Below are positions 52,888 to 63,541 of a DNA stretch of 64,000 nucleotides, in pieces. Location of the stretch: positions 96,001-160,000 of the forward strand of contig CAWFDF010000003.1 of NCBI GenBank assembly GCA_963814585.1, in the 5' to 3' direction. Positions within the stretch are counted from its first letter, which is position 1. Each line of letters begins with the position of its first letter. The stretch is from an uncultured delta proteobacterium. GTDB taxonomy: Bacteria; Myxococcota; Myxococcia; Myxococcales; Anaeromyxobacteraceae. The translations under genes and the position numbers were made by a program. The notes below the pieces were generated by a model. The model was not told where the DNA came from, ran no database searches, and saw only the letters and a program-made list of their open reading frames with translations.

Positions 52888-53802
52888 ATGCCCGCAGAGC
52901 GGCCCACATCACGGCAGACCCCGATCCCTCCGGGCACCTCCGACTCGGTGAGCGATCTCCTGGCGCAGCTCGTCCACGCGCCCGAGGTGGACCTCACGGG
53001 TGGGCTCGGCCTGCGGCTGGTCCCCGGGGCCCGGCTCGGCCGCTTCCTGCTCGCCCATGAGCTGGGCCGTGGCCGGAGCGGCGTCGTCTACCAGGCCCTC
53101 GACCTGGAGCGGGAGCGGCCGGTGGCGCTGAAGGTGTTCCTGCCGGGTCCGACGGGGGTGCCGCGTGGCGCCGCATGGGCCCAGCGCGAGGCCGCCGACT
53201 TCAAGCGGCTCGACCACCCCAACATCGTGGAGCTGCACGGCGTCGGCTCGAGCCCTGCCGGCGCGTACCTGGTCTTCGAGCTCCTGCAGGGCCGGACGCT
53301 CCAGCGGCGCCTGGAGGACGGGCCGCTCGACCTCGACGGCTCCCTGCGGATCGCCGGCGACGTGGGCCGGGCGCTGGCCCACGCTCACGCGGTGGGCGTG
53401 GTCCACCGCGCCCTCACCGCCGCCAAGGTCTTCGTCTGCGACGACGGCGCGGTGAAGGTGCTCGACTTCTCGCCGGGGCGCCGGCTCCCTTCCGGCGCCG
53501 AGGCCGGGTCCGGCCCGGAGCTCTCCCCGGAGCAGCAGGCCGGCTGGCCGGGCGACGAGCGGAGCGACCTGTACGCCCTGTCGGCGCTCCTCCAGAGGAT
53601 GCTCACGGTCTTCGCTGGCGCTGGCCGGGAGGCCAATCCCGGCGGAGTCACCTTGCCGCGGCGTCTTCGCCGGCTCCTCACCTCGGGGCTGGCGTCCGAC
53701 CCTTTTGGGCGACCTCAGTCGGCGGGTGAGTGGCTGGATGAGCTCACCGCGGTCCGGAGCGGGCTGGGCGGCCGCTGGCCGTGGCGAGGCCTGTTCGCCT
53801 GA
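52888..53802 (+). CDS. Ser/Thr kinase-like protein with degenerate catalytic motifs (probable pseudokinase)
   Basis: LGRGRSGVVY, VALKVF, HPNIV retained, but HRALTAAKV replaces HRDLKPxN and DFS replaces DFG. Confidence 0.8.
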   Translation: MPAERPTSRQTPIPPGTSDSVSDLLAQLVHAPEVDLTGGLGLRLVPGARLGRFLLAHELGRGRSGVVYQALDLERERPVALKVFLPGPTGVPRGAAWAQREAADFKRLDHPNIVELHGVGSSPAGAYLVFELLQGRTLQRRLEDGPLDLDGSLRIAGDVGRALAHAHAVGVVHRALTAAKVFVCDDGAVKVLDFSPGRRLPSGAEAGSGPELSPEQQAGWPGDERSDLYALSALLQRMLTVFAGAGREANPGGVTLPRRLRRLLTSGLASDPFGRPQSAGEWLDELTAVRSGLGGRWPWRGLFA

Positions 53803-54027
53803 GGCCCAAGGACCAATCAGCACGATGACTCGAGATTTCCCGTCACATCGGGATCCGGGCCGGGTCTGCAGGTGTAGAGCCGGGGGGCTCTGGGCTCACC
53901 GCTTTCCAGGCGGGGGGCCGCCGTGAGCGCGAGGGTCCGGGTCCGCCTCCGGACGCCCGGGCCCTCGCCGCTCGCATTCCGGGCGGTTCCGCTCGATCGA
54001 CGTCCCGTCCGCGACTACCATGTGGGG

Positions 54028-54597
54028 ATGTCCGTCGAGGAGAAGGTCCAGGAGTCGCTCGCTGCCGGCGACCTGCGCAGCGCGGCCACCGAGGCCATCC
54101 AGGGATACGGTCCCAAGGTGCTCGGCTACCTGCGCTCCATCCTGCGCGACGACAACGACGCCGCCGACGCCTTCTCCAACTTCGCCGAGGACCTCTGGCG
54201 AGGCATCGGCAGCTACCGCGGCGAGGCGTCGTTCAAGACCTGGGCGTACAAGCTGGCCTGGTGCGCCGCGATGCACGTCCGCTCCGACACCTACCGGCGG
54301 CTGGGGCGCCGCCTGGAGTCCGGCGAGGCCTCGGGGCTGGCGGCGGAGATCCGGACCAGGTCGGTGGTGCGCGACGAGGTGCAGCGCCGCGGCCTCGACA
54401 AGCTGCGGTCCACGCTGACGCCCGAGGAGCAGACCCTCCTCTTCCTCCGGCTGGACCAGCAGCTCGCCTGGGAGGACGTGGCCGAGGTGCTCTCCGGCAG
54501 CGGGGAGCCGGTGGAGGCGGCCACGGTGCGCAAGCGGTACGAGCGGCTCAAGGCCGATCTGGCGCGCCTGGTCCGGGAGCAGGGGCTGGCCGAGTAG
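54028..54597 (+). CDS. ECF-type RNA polymerase sigma factor
   Basis: DAADAF...LWRGIGSYRGEASFKTWAYKLA (region 2); LTPEEQTLL...LAWEDVAEVL...TVRKRYER (region 4). Confidence 0.85.
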   Translation: MSVEEKVQESLAAGDLRSAATEAIQGYGPKVLGYLRSILRDDNDAADAFSNFAEDLWRGIGSYRGEASFKTWAYKLAWCAAMHVRSDTYRRLGRRLESGEASGLAAEIRTRSVVRDEVQRRGLDKLRSTLTPEEQTLLFLRLDQQLAWEDVAEVLSGSGEPVEAATVRKRYERLKADLARLVREQGLAE

Positions 54598-54622
54598 CCC
54601 CGGGCGGCCCGGCCCTGGGGCG

Positions 54623-55198
54623 CTACTCGACCATCCCCCGGGAGCGCGCCAGCCTGGCCAGCCGCTCCTTGAGCCGCTCGAAGCGCTTGCGGAGCATGGC
54701 CGGCTCCGGCCTCGACGCGGGCGTCTCCAGGACCTCGGCGATCTCCTCCCACGCCAGCGCCTGGTCGATGCGGAGCACCAGCAGGGTCTGCTCCTCGTCG
54801 CTGAGCTCGGCGCGCAGCGCCGCGAGCTGGGCCCGCTGCCGCTCCACCCTCACCACCGTCCGGGTGCGGATCTCGTCGGCCAGCGCCGAGGCCTCGCTCG
54901 GGTGGAACGGACGCCCGCGACGGCGCCAGGCGTCGTCGCGGAGGTTGAGCGCGGCGTTCCAGGCCAGCTTGTAGGCCCAGGTGCGGAGCGAGGCCTCGCC
55001 GCGCCAGCCTTCCAGGCCGCGCCAGAGGTTCTCGGCGAAGGTGGAGAAGGCGTCGGCGGCGTCCGACTCGTCGCGCAGGGTCACCTGCAGGTACCCGAGG
55101 ATCTTGGGACCGTACTCGCGCAGCGCCAGCGTGGCGGCGCCCCGCCGATCACCGGCGGACAGCAGCTCCTTGACCCGGTCCTCGGGCGTGGCGGACAT
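54623..55198 (-). CDS. ECF-type RNA polymerase sigma factor, close paralog of 54028-54597
   Basis: DAADAF...LWRGLEGWRGEASLRTWAYKLA; LSDEEQTLL...LAWEEIAEVL...LRKRFER. Confidence 0.85.
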   Translation of the reverse strand: MSATPEDRVKELLSAGDRRGAATLALREYGPKILGYLQVTLRDESDAADAFSTFAENLWRGLEGWRGEASLRTWAYKLAWNAALNLRDDAWRRRGRPFHPSEASALADEIRTRTVVRVERQRAQLAALRAELSDEEQTLLVLRIDQALAWEEIAEVLETPASRPEPAMLRKRFERLKERLARLARSRGMVE

Positions 55199-55268
55199 GC
55201 CGGCATGGTAGCCGCCCGGCCGCGCCGGGTCGATCGGCGGCGAGGCGCGCGCCGCGCCGGTCGGGGCG

Positions 55269-55452
55269 TCAGCCCGGGGTGCTGGCGGCCGGCCTCCCCT
55301 CCTCCACCCGGCTGCGGCCCCTGGGTGTCGAGCCGCATGGTGACCACGAAGGCGATGAGGAAGGCCAGGAACAGGAGGACCACCGGAAGTCCGCGCAGCA
55401 GCGGGTGGCGATTGTGGACGCGAAACACCGGGTGGTTCAGCGTGGTCGGCAT
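55269..55452 (-). CDS. Small single-TM hypothetical protein (3' end uncertain)
   Basis: GGGAG SD; MPTTLNHPVFRVHNRHPLLRGLPVVLLFLAFLIAFVVTMRLD; as sequenced the frame runs on into the sigma gene, and an indel would end it at 55269. Confidence 0.45.
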
Positions 55453-55631
55453 GTTCGACTCCCGTCGCGAGAGGCTCGATCGATTCCCCTTCCCGCTAAC
55501 CATGCAGAGGCGAGCGTGCGCCCTAAGCGACCTCTGGCGCCCATCGGCGCCGGGCGCAGCGCGTCAAGGACGGCGACCCCGGGTGAGCCACGCCCCGCTC
55601 GAAGGGAGGGGGCCGGGGCTCCGGCGGGTCG

Positions 55632-56114
55632 TCAACCGTCGATGGCGGCGTCGACCGGCGTCGCCGCCAGCAGCGCCGCCAGCGCCCTCGGCGCCACGCC
55701 GACGAGGAAGCCGCGCGAGCCGCCGTTGACGTAGATGGTGGGCAGGTCGAGCACGGTGCGCTCGACGTAGACGGGCATCGCCTTGCGCGTGCCGAGCGGG
55801 CTGGTCCCGCCCACCAGGTAGCCGGAGTGGCGCTGCGCCACCTCGGGCCGGCACGGCGAGATGCTCCGCCGGCCGAGCTGCCGGGCCAGCGCCTTCACCG
55901 AGACCTCGCGGTCGCCGTGCTGGAGCACGACCAGCGGCGCGCCGGCCTCGTCCTCCATCACCAGCGTCTTCACCACGGCGTGCTCGTCGACGCCCAGCTG
56001 GCTGGCGCTCACCGCCGTGCCGCCGCGCTCCTGGTAGCGGTAGAGGTGCTCGGTGTAGGCGATCTTCCTCTCACGCAGCAGCCGCGTGGCGGGTGTGGAC
56101 GGGGCCTTGCTCAC
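55632..56114 (-). CDS. ybaK: Cys-tRNA(Pro) deacylase YbaK/EbsC
   Basis: TPATRLL, VVKTLV, SGYLVGGTSPLG, NGGSRG. Confidence 0.9.
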   Translation of the reverse strand: MSKAPSTPATRLLRERKIAYTEHLYRYQERGGTAVSASQLGVDEHAVVKTLVMEDEAGAPLVVLQHGDREVSVKALARQLGRRSISPCRPEVAQRHSGYLVGGTSPLGTRKAMPVYVERTVLDLPTIYVNGGSRGFLVGVAPRALAALLAATPVDAAIDG

Positions 56115-56147
56115 GGCGTCACGCCTCCAGCGGCCGGGGGATGTGGT

Positions 56148-56834
56148 TCAGGACAGCTCGGCGGCGATGGCGCGGGCGGCGGCCACCGGGTCGGGCGCGT
56201 CGCGGAGCGGCCGGCCGACCACGATGACGTCGGCGCCGGCGCGCACGGCGTCTCCCGGCGTGGCCACCCGGGCCTGGTCGCCCCTGGGGCTGCCGGCCGG
56301 GCGGACCCCCGGGACCACCAGCAGCGGCCCCGGACCGACGGCGGCGCGGACCGCCGCCACCTCGTGCGGCGAGCAGACCAGCCCTCCGGCGCCGGCCTCG
56401 ATCGCCAGCCTCGCCAGCCGGACCACCGCCGCCTGCGGTGGGCCGGCCAGGCCGACGGCGTCCAGCGCCGCGTCGTCGAGGCTGGTGAGGACGGTGACGG
56501 CGAGGATGCGGACGCGCCCGCCGGCGCCGCGCACCGCGGCCTGGATCATCCCGGACCCGCCGCTGGCGTGGACGGTGAGGAGCGACGCGCCGGTGACGGC
56601 GGCGCTTCGCGCCGCCCCCTCCACGGTGGCTGGGATGTCGTGGAGCTTGAGGTCGAGGAAGACCGGCCGTCCCATGGCCACGGCGGCGCGGACCGCCTGC
56701 GGCCCCTCGGCGGTGAAGAGCTCCAGCCCGATCTTGAGCATCCCCACCTCCGGGGCGATGGCGCGGGCGAAGGGCTCGGCCTCGGACCAGGCGGCGAAGT
56801 CGAGGGCGGCGCAGATCCGGTCGCCCCGGCCCAT
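56148..56834 (-). CDS. pyrF: Orotidine-5'-phosphate decarboxylase
   Basis: [39 protein letters not shown]. Confidence 0.95.
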   Translation of the reverse strand: MGRGDRICAALDFAAWSEAEPFARAIAPEVGMLKIGLELFTAEGPQAVRAAVAMGRPVFLDLKLHDIPATVEGAARSAAVTGASLLTVHASGGSGMIQAAVRGAGGRVRILAVTVLTSLDDAALDAVGLAGPPQAAVVRLARLAIEAGAGGLVCSPHEVAAVRAAVGPGPLLVVPGVRPAGSPRGDQARVATPGDAVRAGADVIVVGRPLRDAPDPVAAARAIAAELS

Positions 56835-56863
56835 CCCGTGATCCCCGCCGTCACGAGGCGAGC

Positions 56864-58082
56864 TCATGCCTTCCCCACCTGCATCCTCCCCACCTCGCGG
56901 AGGAGCTGCTCGGCCGCCGGCCTGGGCAGCACGTTCTTCACCTCGAAGAGCGCGAAGGTGAGGAGGTCCTCCAGCCCCTCCAGCGAGCGGGCCCTGGCCG
57001 CGGCGCCCCGGTAGGCGCCGGTGGCGGTGACGTTGGCCAGCACCCGGGTCACGTCGAGGTCGCCGTCGGCGCCGAAGCGGACCCCCTCGAAGACGAAGCG
57101 CCTGGTCTCCGGCACCCGCTCGAAGTAGCTGTCGAGCCGCCGCTCCGCGCCGGGGCGCGCCGCGGCCAGCGCGGCGTGGACCCGGAGGAAGATGCGCCGG
57201 TAGAGCTCGAAGGGGCCGGACGAGCGGACCGGGAGCGGCGCGGAGGGCGCGGCCTGGGCCGCCTCCACGGCCACCTCGATCTCCGGCTCGGCGGCCGCCT
57301 GGCCGGCCCGGGCCAGCACCCCGGCCTCGAGCAGGCCCGCTGCCTCCCGGAGGGCGAGGAGGAGCCCGAGCCGGCTCTCGTCGGCCGCCTCGCCGAAGCT
57401 GGTGCTCCCCTCCAGCGCCTCGAGGAGCCGGAGCGTGAACTCGCTGGCCCCGGGGGGCAGCGCCCCGGCCCGGGCCAGCCGGGCGCCCCGTCCGCCCACC
57501 ACCGCGAGCAGGTGCTCGGTCTCGTCGACGCGCTTCAGCCCCTCCAGCAGCAGCTCGCGCGTCCGCTCCGGAAGCCGGACCTCGTTGAGCTCGCCGTGCG
57601 GCCCCTCCACGAAGAGGAACTCCCCCTCGGTGTCGAGGAAGGCACCGAAGAGGATCTCCCGGACCTGCGCGGCGACGCCGGCGTAGAGGATCCGCCGCCG
57701 TGATGACGCCCTGGTCCACCAGAACCTGGCCGAGCGGCCGGCCCGGCCCCACCTCGGCGCTGCAGCGCTGCAGGGCCTCCCAGCCGAGCTGCCCGCCGCG
57801 CCACAGGACCGGACCGAGCCAATCGCACGGCTCGGAGGAGGCGGCGAAGACCAGCTGCCCCTCGCGGAAGTAGAGGCTGCGCAGGTGAGGGCGCTCGCCC
57901 GTGGAGGCGCCGCCGGGGCCGGCGAAGGTGAGCCGGAGCACGCCGCTCTTCAGCGACGAGAAGACCAGCTGCACGACCTCGATGATGGAGAGCGCCGTGA
58001 GCGTCCCGGCCAGCCACGGGCGGCCGTCGCGCGGCGCCTCCAGCTCGCCGTCCCCGCTGCCGATCCTCGTCGCCATCGGCAC
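56864..58082 (-). CDS. DUF4388 (PATAN-like) domain protein, frameshift near 57690
   Basis: [28 protein letters not shown]...[14 protein letters not shown]...[11 protein letters not shown], continuing into ORF 56864-57610. Confidence 0.78.
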
Positions 58083-58097
58083 GCTCCTCTCCGCCCG

Positions 58098-59822
58098 TCA
58101 GCGACCGGCCGCCTCGACCAGCGCCGCGGCCCTGGCGGCCACCTCGCCGATCGGCACCAGGGTCACGTCCTTGCCGCCGCGCAGCTTCCACTCCACCTTG
58201 CCCTCGGCCAGCCCCTTCTTGCCGACGGCGATCCGGACGGGGTGGCCGATCAGGTCGGCGTCCTTGAACTTCACGCCCGGCCGCTCGTCGCGGTCGTCGA
58301 GGAGCACCTCGACGCCGGCCGCGGTCAGCCCGGCCACCACCTGCTCGGCCGCCTCGACCAGCTCCGGCTCCTTTCCGAGCGGCAGCACCGCCACGTGGAA
58401 CGGGGCGATGGCGAGAGGGAAGACGATGCCGTCGGCGTCGTGGTGCAGCTCGATGGCGGCGGCCAGGATGCGCTCCACGCCGATGCCGTAGCTGCCCATC
58501 ACGATGGGCACCTGCGCGCCGGCGGCGTCGAGGACGCTGGCCCTGAGCGACTCCGAGTACTTGGTGCCGAGCTTGAAGATGTGCCCGACCTCGAGCGCCT
58601 TGAAGACGTCGAGCGTGCCGTCGCAGCGCACGCAGCCCTCGCCGGCCTTGACGCTGCGCAGGTCGGCCAGCGTGCCGTGGCCCAGCAGGTCGCGCCGCAC
58701 GTCGACGCCCCGCCAGTGGAAGCCGTCCTGGTTGGCGCCGGTGACCATGTTGGTGCGATCGGCCACCGAGAGGTCGACGAAGACCGGCGCGCCGGTGAAG
58801 TGGACGGCGCCGAGCGAGCCGGCGCTGGCGCCCATGAGCGGCGGGATCTCGTCGGCCCGGGCCGGGCGGACCTCGACGGCGCCGGTGGCGGTCTGCAGCT
58901 TGGCCTCGTTGAGGTCCTGGTCGCCGCGCACCACCGCCACCACCGGCTTGCCGTCGGCGACGTAGATGAGTGACTTGAGCTGGCGGCGGGCGCCCACGCC
59001 GTAGGGCTGGCGCTGCAGCGCCTCGATGGTCACCACGCCCGGCGTGGGGAACTTCTCCAGGGCGGGGGGGCCCGGCTGGTCGGGGACCTGGTCGAGGCGC
59101 GAGGTGGCGGTCTCGGTGTTGGCCGCGTAGCGGCACTTCGGGCAGGCGGCGACGAGGTCCTCGCCGGCGTCGGTGCGGACCATGAACTCGGAGGACTCGG
59201 AGCCGCCCATGGAGCCGGAGTGGGCCTGCACCGCCACGAAGTCGAGGCCGCAGCGGCTGAAGATCCGCTCGTAGGCCCGACGCTGGTCCTCGTAGCTGCG
59301 GTCGAGGCCGGCCCGGTCGACGTCGAAGGAGTAGGCGTCCTTCATGGTGAACTGCCGGACGCGCAGGAGGCCGGACTTGGGGCGCGGCTCGTCGCGGAAC
59401 TTCGCCTGGATCTGGTACCAGACCTGCGGCAGCTGCCGGTAGGAGCGCAGCTCGTCGCGGGCGATGGCGGTGAAGATCTCCTCGTGGGTCATTCCCAGGC
59501 AGTAGTCGCCGCCCTTGCGGTCCTTCAGCCGGAACATGTTGTCGCCCATCACCTCCCAGCGCCCCGACTCCTTCCAGAGGTCGGCGGGGTGGAGGGCGGG
59601 AAGGAGGAACTCCTGGCCGCCGATGGCCTCCATCTCCTCGCGGATGATCCGCTCGATCTTGGCCAGCGACCGCCTGGCCAGCGGGAGGTAGTCGTAGAGG
59701 CCGGCGCCGAGCTGCCGCACGAAGCCGGCGCGGACCAGCAGCTTGTGGGAGGCGACCTGGGCGTCGGTCGGTGCCTCCTTGAGGGTGGGGATGAAGGCCT
59801 TGGAGGCGCGGACGACGGGCAT
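58098..59822 (-). CDS. proS: Proline--tRNA ligase (with insertion editing domain)
   Basis: [59 protein letters not shown]. Confidence 0.97.
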   Translation of the reverse strand: MPVVRASKAFIPTLKEAPTDAQVASHKLLVRAGFVRQLGAGLYDYLPLARRSLAKIERIIREEMEAIGGQEFLLPALHPADLWKESGRWEVMGDNMFRLKDRKGGDYCLGMTHEEIFTAIARDELRSYRQLPQVWYQIQAKFRDEPRPKSGLLRVRQFTMKDAYSFDVDRAGLDRSYEDQRRAYERIFSRCGLDFVAVQAHSGSMGGSESSEFMVRTDAGEDLVAACPKCRYAANTETATSRLDQVPDQPGPPALEKFPTPGVVTIEALQRQPYGVGARRQLKSLIYVADGKPVVAVVRGDQDLNEAKLQTATGAVEVRPARADEIPPLMGASAGSLGAVHFTGAPVFVDLSVADRTNMVTGANQDGFHWRGVDVRRDLLGHGTLADLRSVKAGEGCVRCDGTLDVFKALEVGHIFKLGTKYSESLRASVLDAAGAQVPIVMGSYGIGVERILAAAIELHHDADGIVFPLAIAPFHVAVLPLGKEPELVEAAEQVVAGLTAAGVEVLLDDRDERPGVKFKDADLIGHPVRIAVGKKGLAEGKVEWKLRGGKDVTLVPIGEVAARAAALVEAAGR

Positions 59823-59920
59823 GGTCCGCGCGTTATACACCGGCGCCGGGGCCTCCCGAAGCGCCGCGACGACGGGCCGGCGCGCTTTCCTTGCGGCCCC
59901 GTCGGGGTTAGGAATCGACC

Positions 59921-60271
59921 GTGCCCGCCCGCCTCTGGATCGCCCTCGCCGTCGGCGCCGTCATCGTGTCCGTCGGGCTGGCGTGGGACGCGGGGCTCTT
60001 CGCGCCCCCGCCGCCGCTCCTGCTCGAGTCGCCGGAGGCGGTGGCGGCCGGCCGGGCCGTCTTCGCCTCCCGCTGCACCTCCTGCCACCGGGACGTGCCG
60101 CTGCAGCGCCGCGTCTCCGGCTGGACCGCGGAGCGCGCCTACGAGGTCATCGGCCGGCTCCCCACCGTCCCGCGAGCCGGCATGCCGCCCTTCGCGGGGA
60201 CCGAGGCCGAGCGGCGGGTGCTGGCCGCCTTCCTCGCCGCGCTCGGCGCCGGTCGCGCCAGCCAGCCCTGA
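59921..60271 (+). CDS. Small monoheme c-type cytochrome
   Basis: N-terminal [20 protein letters not shown] distal Met. Confidence 0.85.
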   Translation: MPARLWIALAVGAVIVSVGLAWDAGLFAPPPPLLLESPEAVAAGRAVFASRCTSCHRDVPLQRRVSGWTAERAYEVIGRLPTVPRAGMPPFAGTEAERRVLAAFLAALGAGRASQP

Positions 60272-60379
60272 CGGCGCGTGCGCCCGGCTCGGTCCCGGCG
60301 GCGGCGCGCGCCGGCTGGCCGTGACGTGACCGCGGCAGGCCAGCGGCGCCGGGAGGGCGGCCGCCATCCGGCCCCGGGA

Positions 60380-61495
60380 TCACCGCGATCCGGGCGTCCG
60401 CTCCGCCGCGATCCGGAGCGCCTCGCCCACCAGGGCCTCCTCCAGCTCCTCGGCCTTCATCCGCTTCACCACCTGGCCGGCCTTGAAGAGCAGCCCCACG
60501 CCCCCGTGGCCGTAGGCGACGCCCACGTCCGCCGCCGCCGCCTCGCCCGGCCCGTTCACCTCGCACCCCATCACCGCCACCGAGACCTCGCCCTTCACGG
60601 TCGAGAGCCGCTGCTCCACCCGCTCGGCGATGGGGATCATGGCCACCGAGCAGCGCCCGCAGGTCGGGCAGGAGGTCAGCGACGCCCCCCCGAACTTCAG
60701 GCCCAGCGACTTGAGGAGCAGGCGGGCCACCCGCACCTCCTCCACCGGGTCGGCCGTCAGGGAGATGCGGATGGTGTCGCCGATCCCGTCCGCCAGCAGG
60801 ATCCCCAGCCCGGCCGACGACTTGACGGTGCCGGCCAGCAGCGTCCCGGCCTCGGTCACGCCCAGGTGCAGCGGGTAGTCGAAGCGCTTCGAGAAGAGCC
60901 GGTTGGCGGCCACCGTCATCGCCACGTCGTGCGCCTTCAGGGAGACCTTGATCTCCCGGTACCCCTCGTCCTCGAGGAAGCGGATGTGGCGCTCCGCGCT
61001 CTCCACCATCCCCTCGGCGGTGGGCCAGCCGTGCTTGTCGACGATGTCCTGCTCCAGCGACCCGGCGTTGACGCCGATCCGGATCGGCACCATCCGCTCG
61101 CGCGCCGCCCTGACCACCTCGCGCACCCGCTCCCGGGCGCCGATGTTGCCCGGGTTGAGCCGGATGGCGTGGATGCCGGCGTCGAGCGCGCGCAGGGCCA
61201 GGCGGTAGTCGAAGTGGATGTCGGCCACCAGCGGGATGGGGGTGGCCTTGCAGATGGCCGGCAGCGCGTCGGCCGCCTCGCTCCCCGGCACCGCCACCCG
61301 GACGATGTCCGCCCCGGCCTCGGCCAGGGCGCGGATCTGCGCCAGCGTCGCCGCCGCGTCGGCGGTGTCGGTGGTGGTCATGGACTGCACGGAGACGGGC
61401 GCGCCGCCGCCGATGGCGACGCCGCCCACCCTCACCTGCCGCGTCGGGCGCCTGGCCCCCAGCGCCGACGCCTCCCCCTGACCGTATCCGCCCAT
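60380..61495 (-). CDS. ispG: (E)-4-hydroxy-3-methylbut-2-enyl-diphosphate synthase
   Basis: VQSMTTT, ADIHFD, RLNPGNIG, HLGVTEAG, SCPTCGR, VMGCEVNGPGE. Confidence 0.97.
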   Translation of the reverse strand: MGGYGQGEASALGARRPTRQVRVGGVAIGGGAPVSVQSMTTTDTADAAATLAQIRALAEAGADIVRVAVPGSEAADALPAICKATPIPLVADIHFDYRLALRALDAGIHAIRLNPGNIGARERVREVVRAARERMVPIRIGVNAGSLEQDIVDKHGWPTAEGMVESAERHIRFLEDEGYREIKVSLKAHDVAMTVAANRLFSKRFDYPLHLGVTEAGTLLAGTVKSSAGLGILLADGIGDTIRISLTADPVEEVRVARLLLKSLGLKFGGASLTSCPTCGRCSVAMIPIAERVEQRLSTVKGEVSVAVMGCEVNGPGEAAAADVGVAYGHGGVGLLFKAGQVVKRMKAEELEEALVGEALRIAAERTPGSR

Positions 61496-61560
61496 GTGAA
61501 CCTCCCGGCGGCCCGGATCCTAATGGCCGGACCGCCGGGCGACCACCTCGCGTGCGGGAC

Positions 61561-62607
61561 CTACTTCCTGGCCGCCAGCTCGGCGTCGATGAGGGCGGTG
61601 AAGGCCTCGAGCTTCTGGGCGCCGGAGATGAGGCGGCCGTTGACGAAGAAGGCCGGGGTGCCGCGCACGCCGGCGTCGTTGCCGGCCTTGAAGTGGTCGG
61701 CCACCACCTTGGCCTTCTCCCCCGAGTCGAGGCACTTCACGAAGCGCCCCTCGTCGAGCTTCAGGTCACGGGCGTAGGCCTTGAGGTCGGTGACCTCCAG
61801 CTTGGGCGCCGCGGCGAAGAGCCGGTCGTGCATCTCCCAGTACTTGCCCTGGTCACCGGCGCAGTGGGCCGCCTCGGCCGCCTTGGGGGCGAGGTTGTGG
61901 TTGGGGAGCGGGTAGTCCCGGTAGACCAGCCGCAGCTTGCCCTTGTACTTCTCCAGCTCGAGCAGGTCCTTGACCGTGGCCTCGGCCTTGACGCAGTAGG
62001 GGCACTGGAAGTCGGAGAACTCGATGATGGTGACTGGCGCCGCGTCCGGTCCCTTCGACGGCCCGGTGGCCGCCACCTCGACCTTGGAGGGGAGGTAGGG
62101 CGGCAGCAGCAGCTCCACCTTGGCCTCGGCTCGGATCTGCTCCAGGTACTGGGCCAGCACCGCCTCGCTCTTCTGGCGGCGCAGGAACTGGACGATCTGC
62201 GGCTTGACCTGGTCGAAGGGCTCCTTCACCTGGCCGGCCGCCTTGGCCCGCTCGTAGAGGGCCCGCGACTCCTCGTCGGTGGGCTCGCCGACCTTGGGCG
62301 CCAGCTCGAGGCGGAGGAACTCGTCGACCGGCTTGCCCGCGGCCTTGGCCTTGGCCTCCACCAGCTTCTGGTTGACGAGCTGGTCGAGCGCCGACTTGCG
62401 CAGGTCGTAGGTGCGCTGCTCCATGTCGTTGAGCTCGCCGCGGATCGACTTGTCGAGATCCCCGGCGGTGATCACCTCGGCGCCGATCCTGGCGACCGGT
62501 GCGTTGGGCCCGGCGGTCGCCGAGTCGGTGGCCTGGGCAGGACGGGTGGACTGGCAGGCGATGGCGGCCATGACCAGCACGCCGACGAGGATGGGACGGA
62601 TTCGCAT
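61561..62607 (-). CDS. DsbA-like thioredoxin-fold lipoprotein with SurA-like N-terminal region
   Basis: Lipobox AIAC; EFSDFQCPYC; GVRGTPAFFVNG. Confidence 0.88.
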   Translation of the reverse strand: MRIRPILVGVLVMAAIACQSTRPAQATDSATAGPNAPVARIGAEVITAGDLDKSIRGELNDMEQRTYDLRKSALDQLVNQKLVEAKAKAAGKPVDEFLRLELAPKVGEPTDEESRALYERAKAAGQVKEPFDQVKPQIVQFLRRQKSEAVLAQYLEQIRAEAKVELLLPPYLPSKVEVAATGPSKGPDAAPVTIIEFSDFQCPYCVKAEATVKDLLELEKYKGKLRLVYRDYPLPNHNLAPKAAEAAHCAGDQGKYWEMHDRLFAAAPKLEVTDLKAYARDLKLDEGRFVKCLDSGEKAKVVADHFKAGNDAGVRGTPAFFVNGRLISGAQKLEAFTALIDAELAARK

Positions 62608-62764
62608 GTGGCTCCAAAGGGGGATGAGGATGGGACGGGGCAATTTGCATCGTCCCGCACCCCGAGGTCAATCGGCGGGAGGCCGCCTCCATTCCGCCGC
62701 GCGGCGAGGTGCCCCGGGACCTCTCGGAATCCCGGGCCAGCGGTACTAGACTCCGCCTCCCGCC

Positions 62765-63541
62765 ATGACGAACCCCGACGCCTGGAACCCGGATCGCTAC
62801 GCCCGCTTCGCCGCGGAGCGCCGGCAGCCGTGGGATGACCTGGTCGCGCTGCTCTCGCCGGCCGACCGGCCTCGCGTCCTCGACCTCGGCTGCGGCGACG
62901 GGGCCCTCACCGCCGAGCTCCACGCCCGGCTGCGGGCCAGCCAGACCGTGGGGGTCGACAGCTCGCCCGCCATGCTGGCGAGGGCCACCGCCCGCACCGC
63001 CGGGGGGCTCCGCTTCGAGGCCGGCGACGCCGCGACCTGGAGCGGCGGGCCGTTCGACCTGGTCCTCTCCAACGCCGCGCTCCACTGGGTGCCCGACCAC
63101 GCCGCGCTCCTGCCGCGCCTGGCGGCGCTGGTGGCCCCCGGTGGCCAGCTGGCGGTGCAAGTGCCGATGAACGAGCGCCACCCGTCGCACCTCGAGGCCT
63201 CGGCGACCGCGGCCGAGCCGCCCTTCGCCGAGGCGCTCGGCGGCTACCGGTCGGTGAGCCCGGTGCTCGCGCCCGAGTGGTACGCCGAGGCGCTCTTCGG
63301 GCTGGGCTTCGAGGCGCGCCGCGTCCGGCTCGAGATCTACGGCCACCCGCTGGCCTCGCGCGACGAGGTCGTCGAGTGGGTGCGCGGCACGCTGCTCACC
63401 GACTACGAGCGGCGACTCCCGGCGCCGCTCTGGCCCGCCTTCCTCGACCGCTACCGGCAGCGCCTGGCCGCGGCGCTCCCCGACCGGCGCCCCTTCCTCT
63501 TCACCTACCGGCGGCTCCTGCTCTGGGCGCGTCGAGGATGA
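62765..63541 (+). CDS. tam: SAM-dependent methyltransferase, trans-aconitate 2-methyltransferase-like
   Basis: WNPDRY..F..ER, LDLGCGDG, SNAALHWVPDH, LAVQVP. Confidence 0.78.
   Translation: MTNPDAWNPDRYARFAAERRQPWDDLVALLSPADRPRVLDLGCGDGALTAELHARLRASQTVGVDSSPAMLARATARTAGGLRFEAGDAATWSGGPFDLVLSNAALHWVPDHAALLPRLAALVAPGGQLAVQVPMNERHPSHLEASATAAEPPFAEALGGYRSVSPVLAPEWYAEALFGLGFEARRVRLEIYGHPLASRDEVVEWVRGTLLTDYERRLPAPLWPAFLDRYRQRLAAALPDRRPFLFTYRRLLLWARRG

Noticed and set aside
62587..62638. 13-bp direct repeat GAGGATGGGACGG spanning the DsbA-like start
   Set aside because: Only two short copies with no structural or functional cue; probably a small local duplication.
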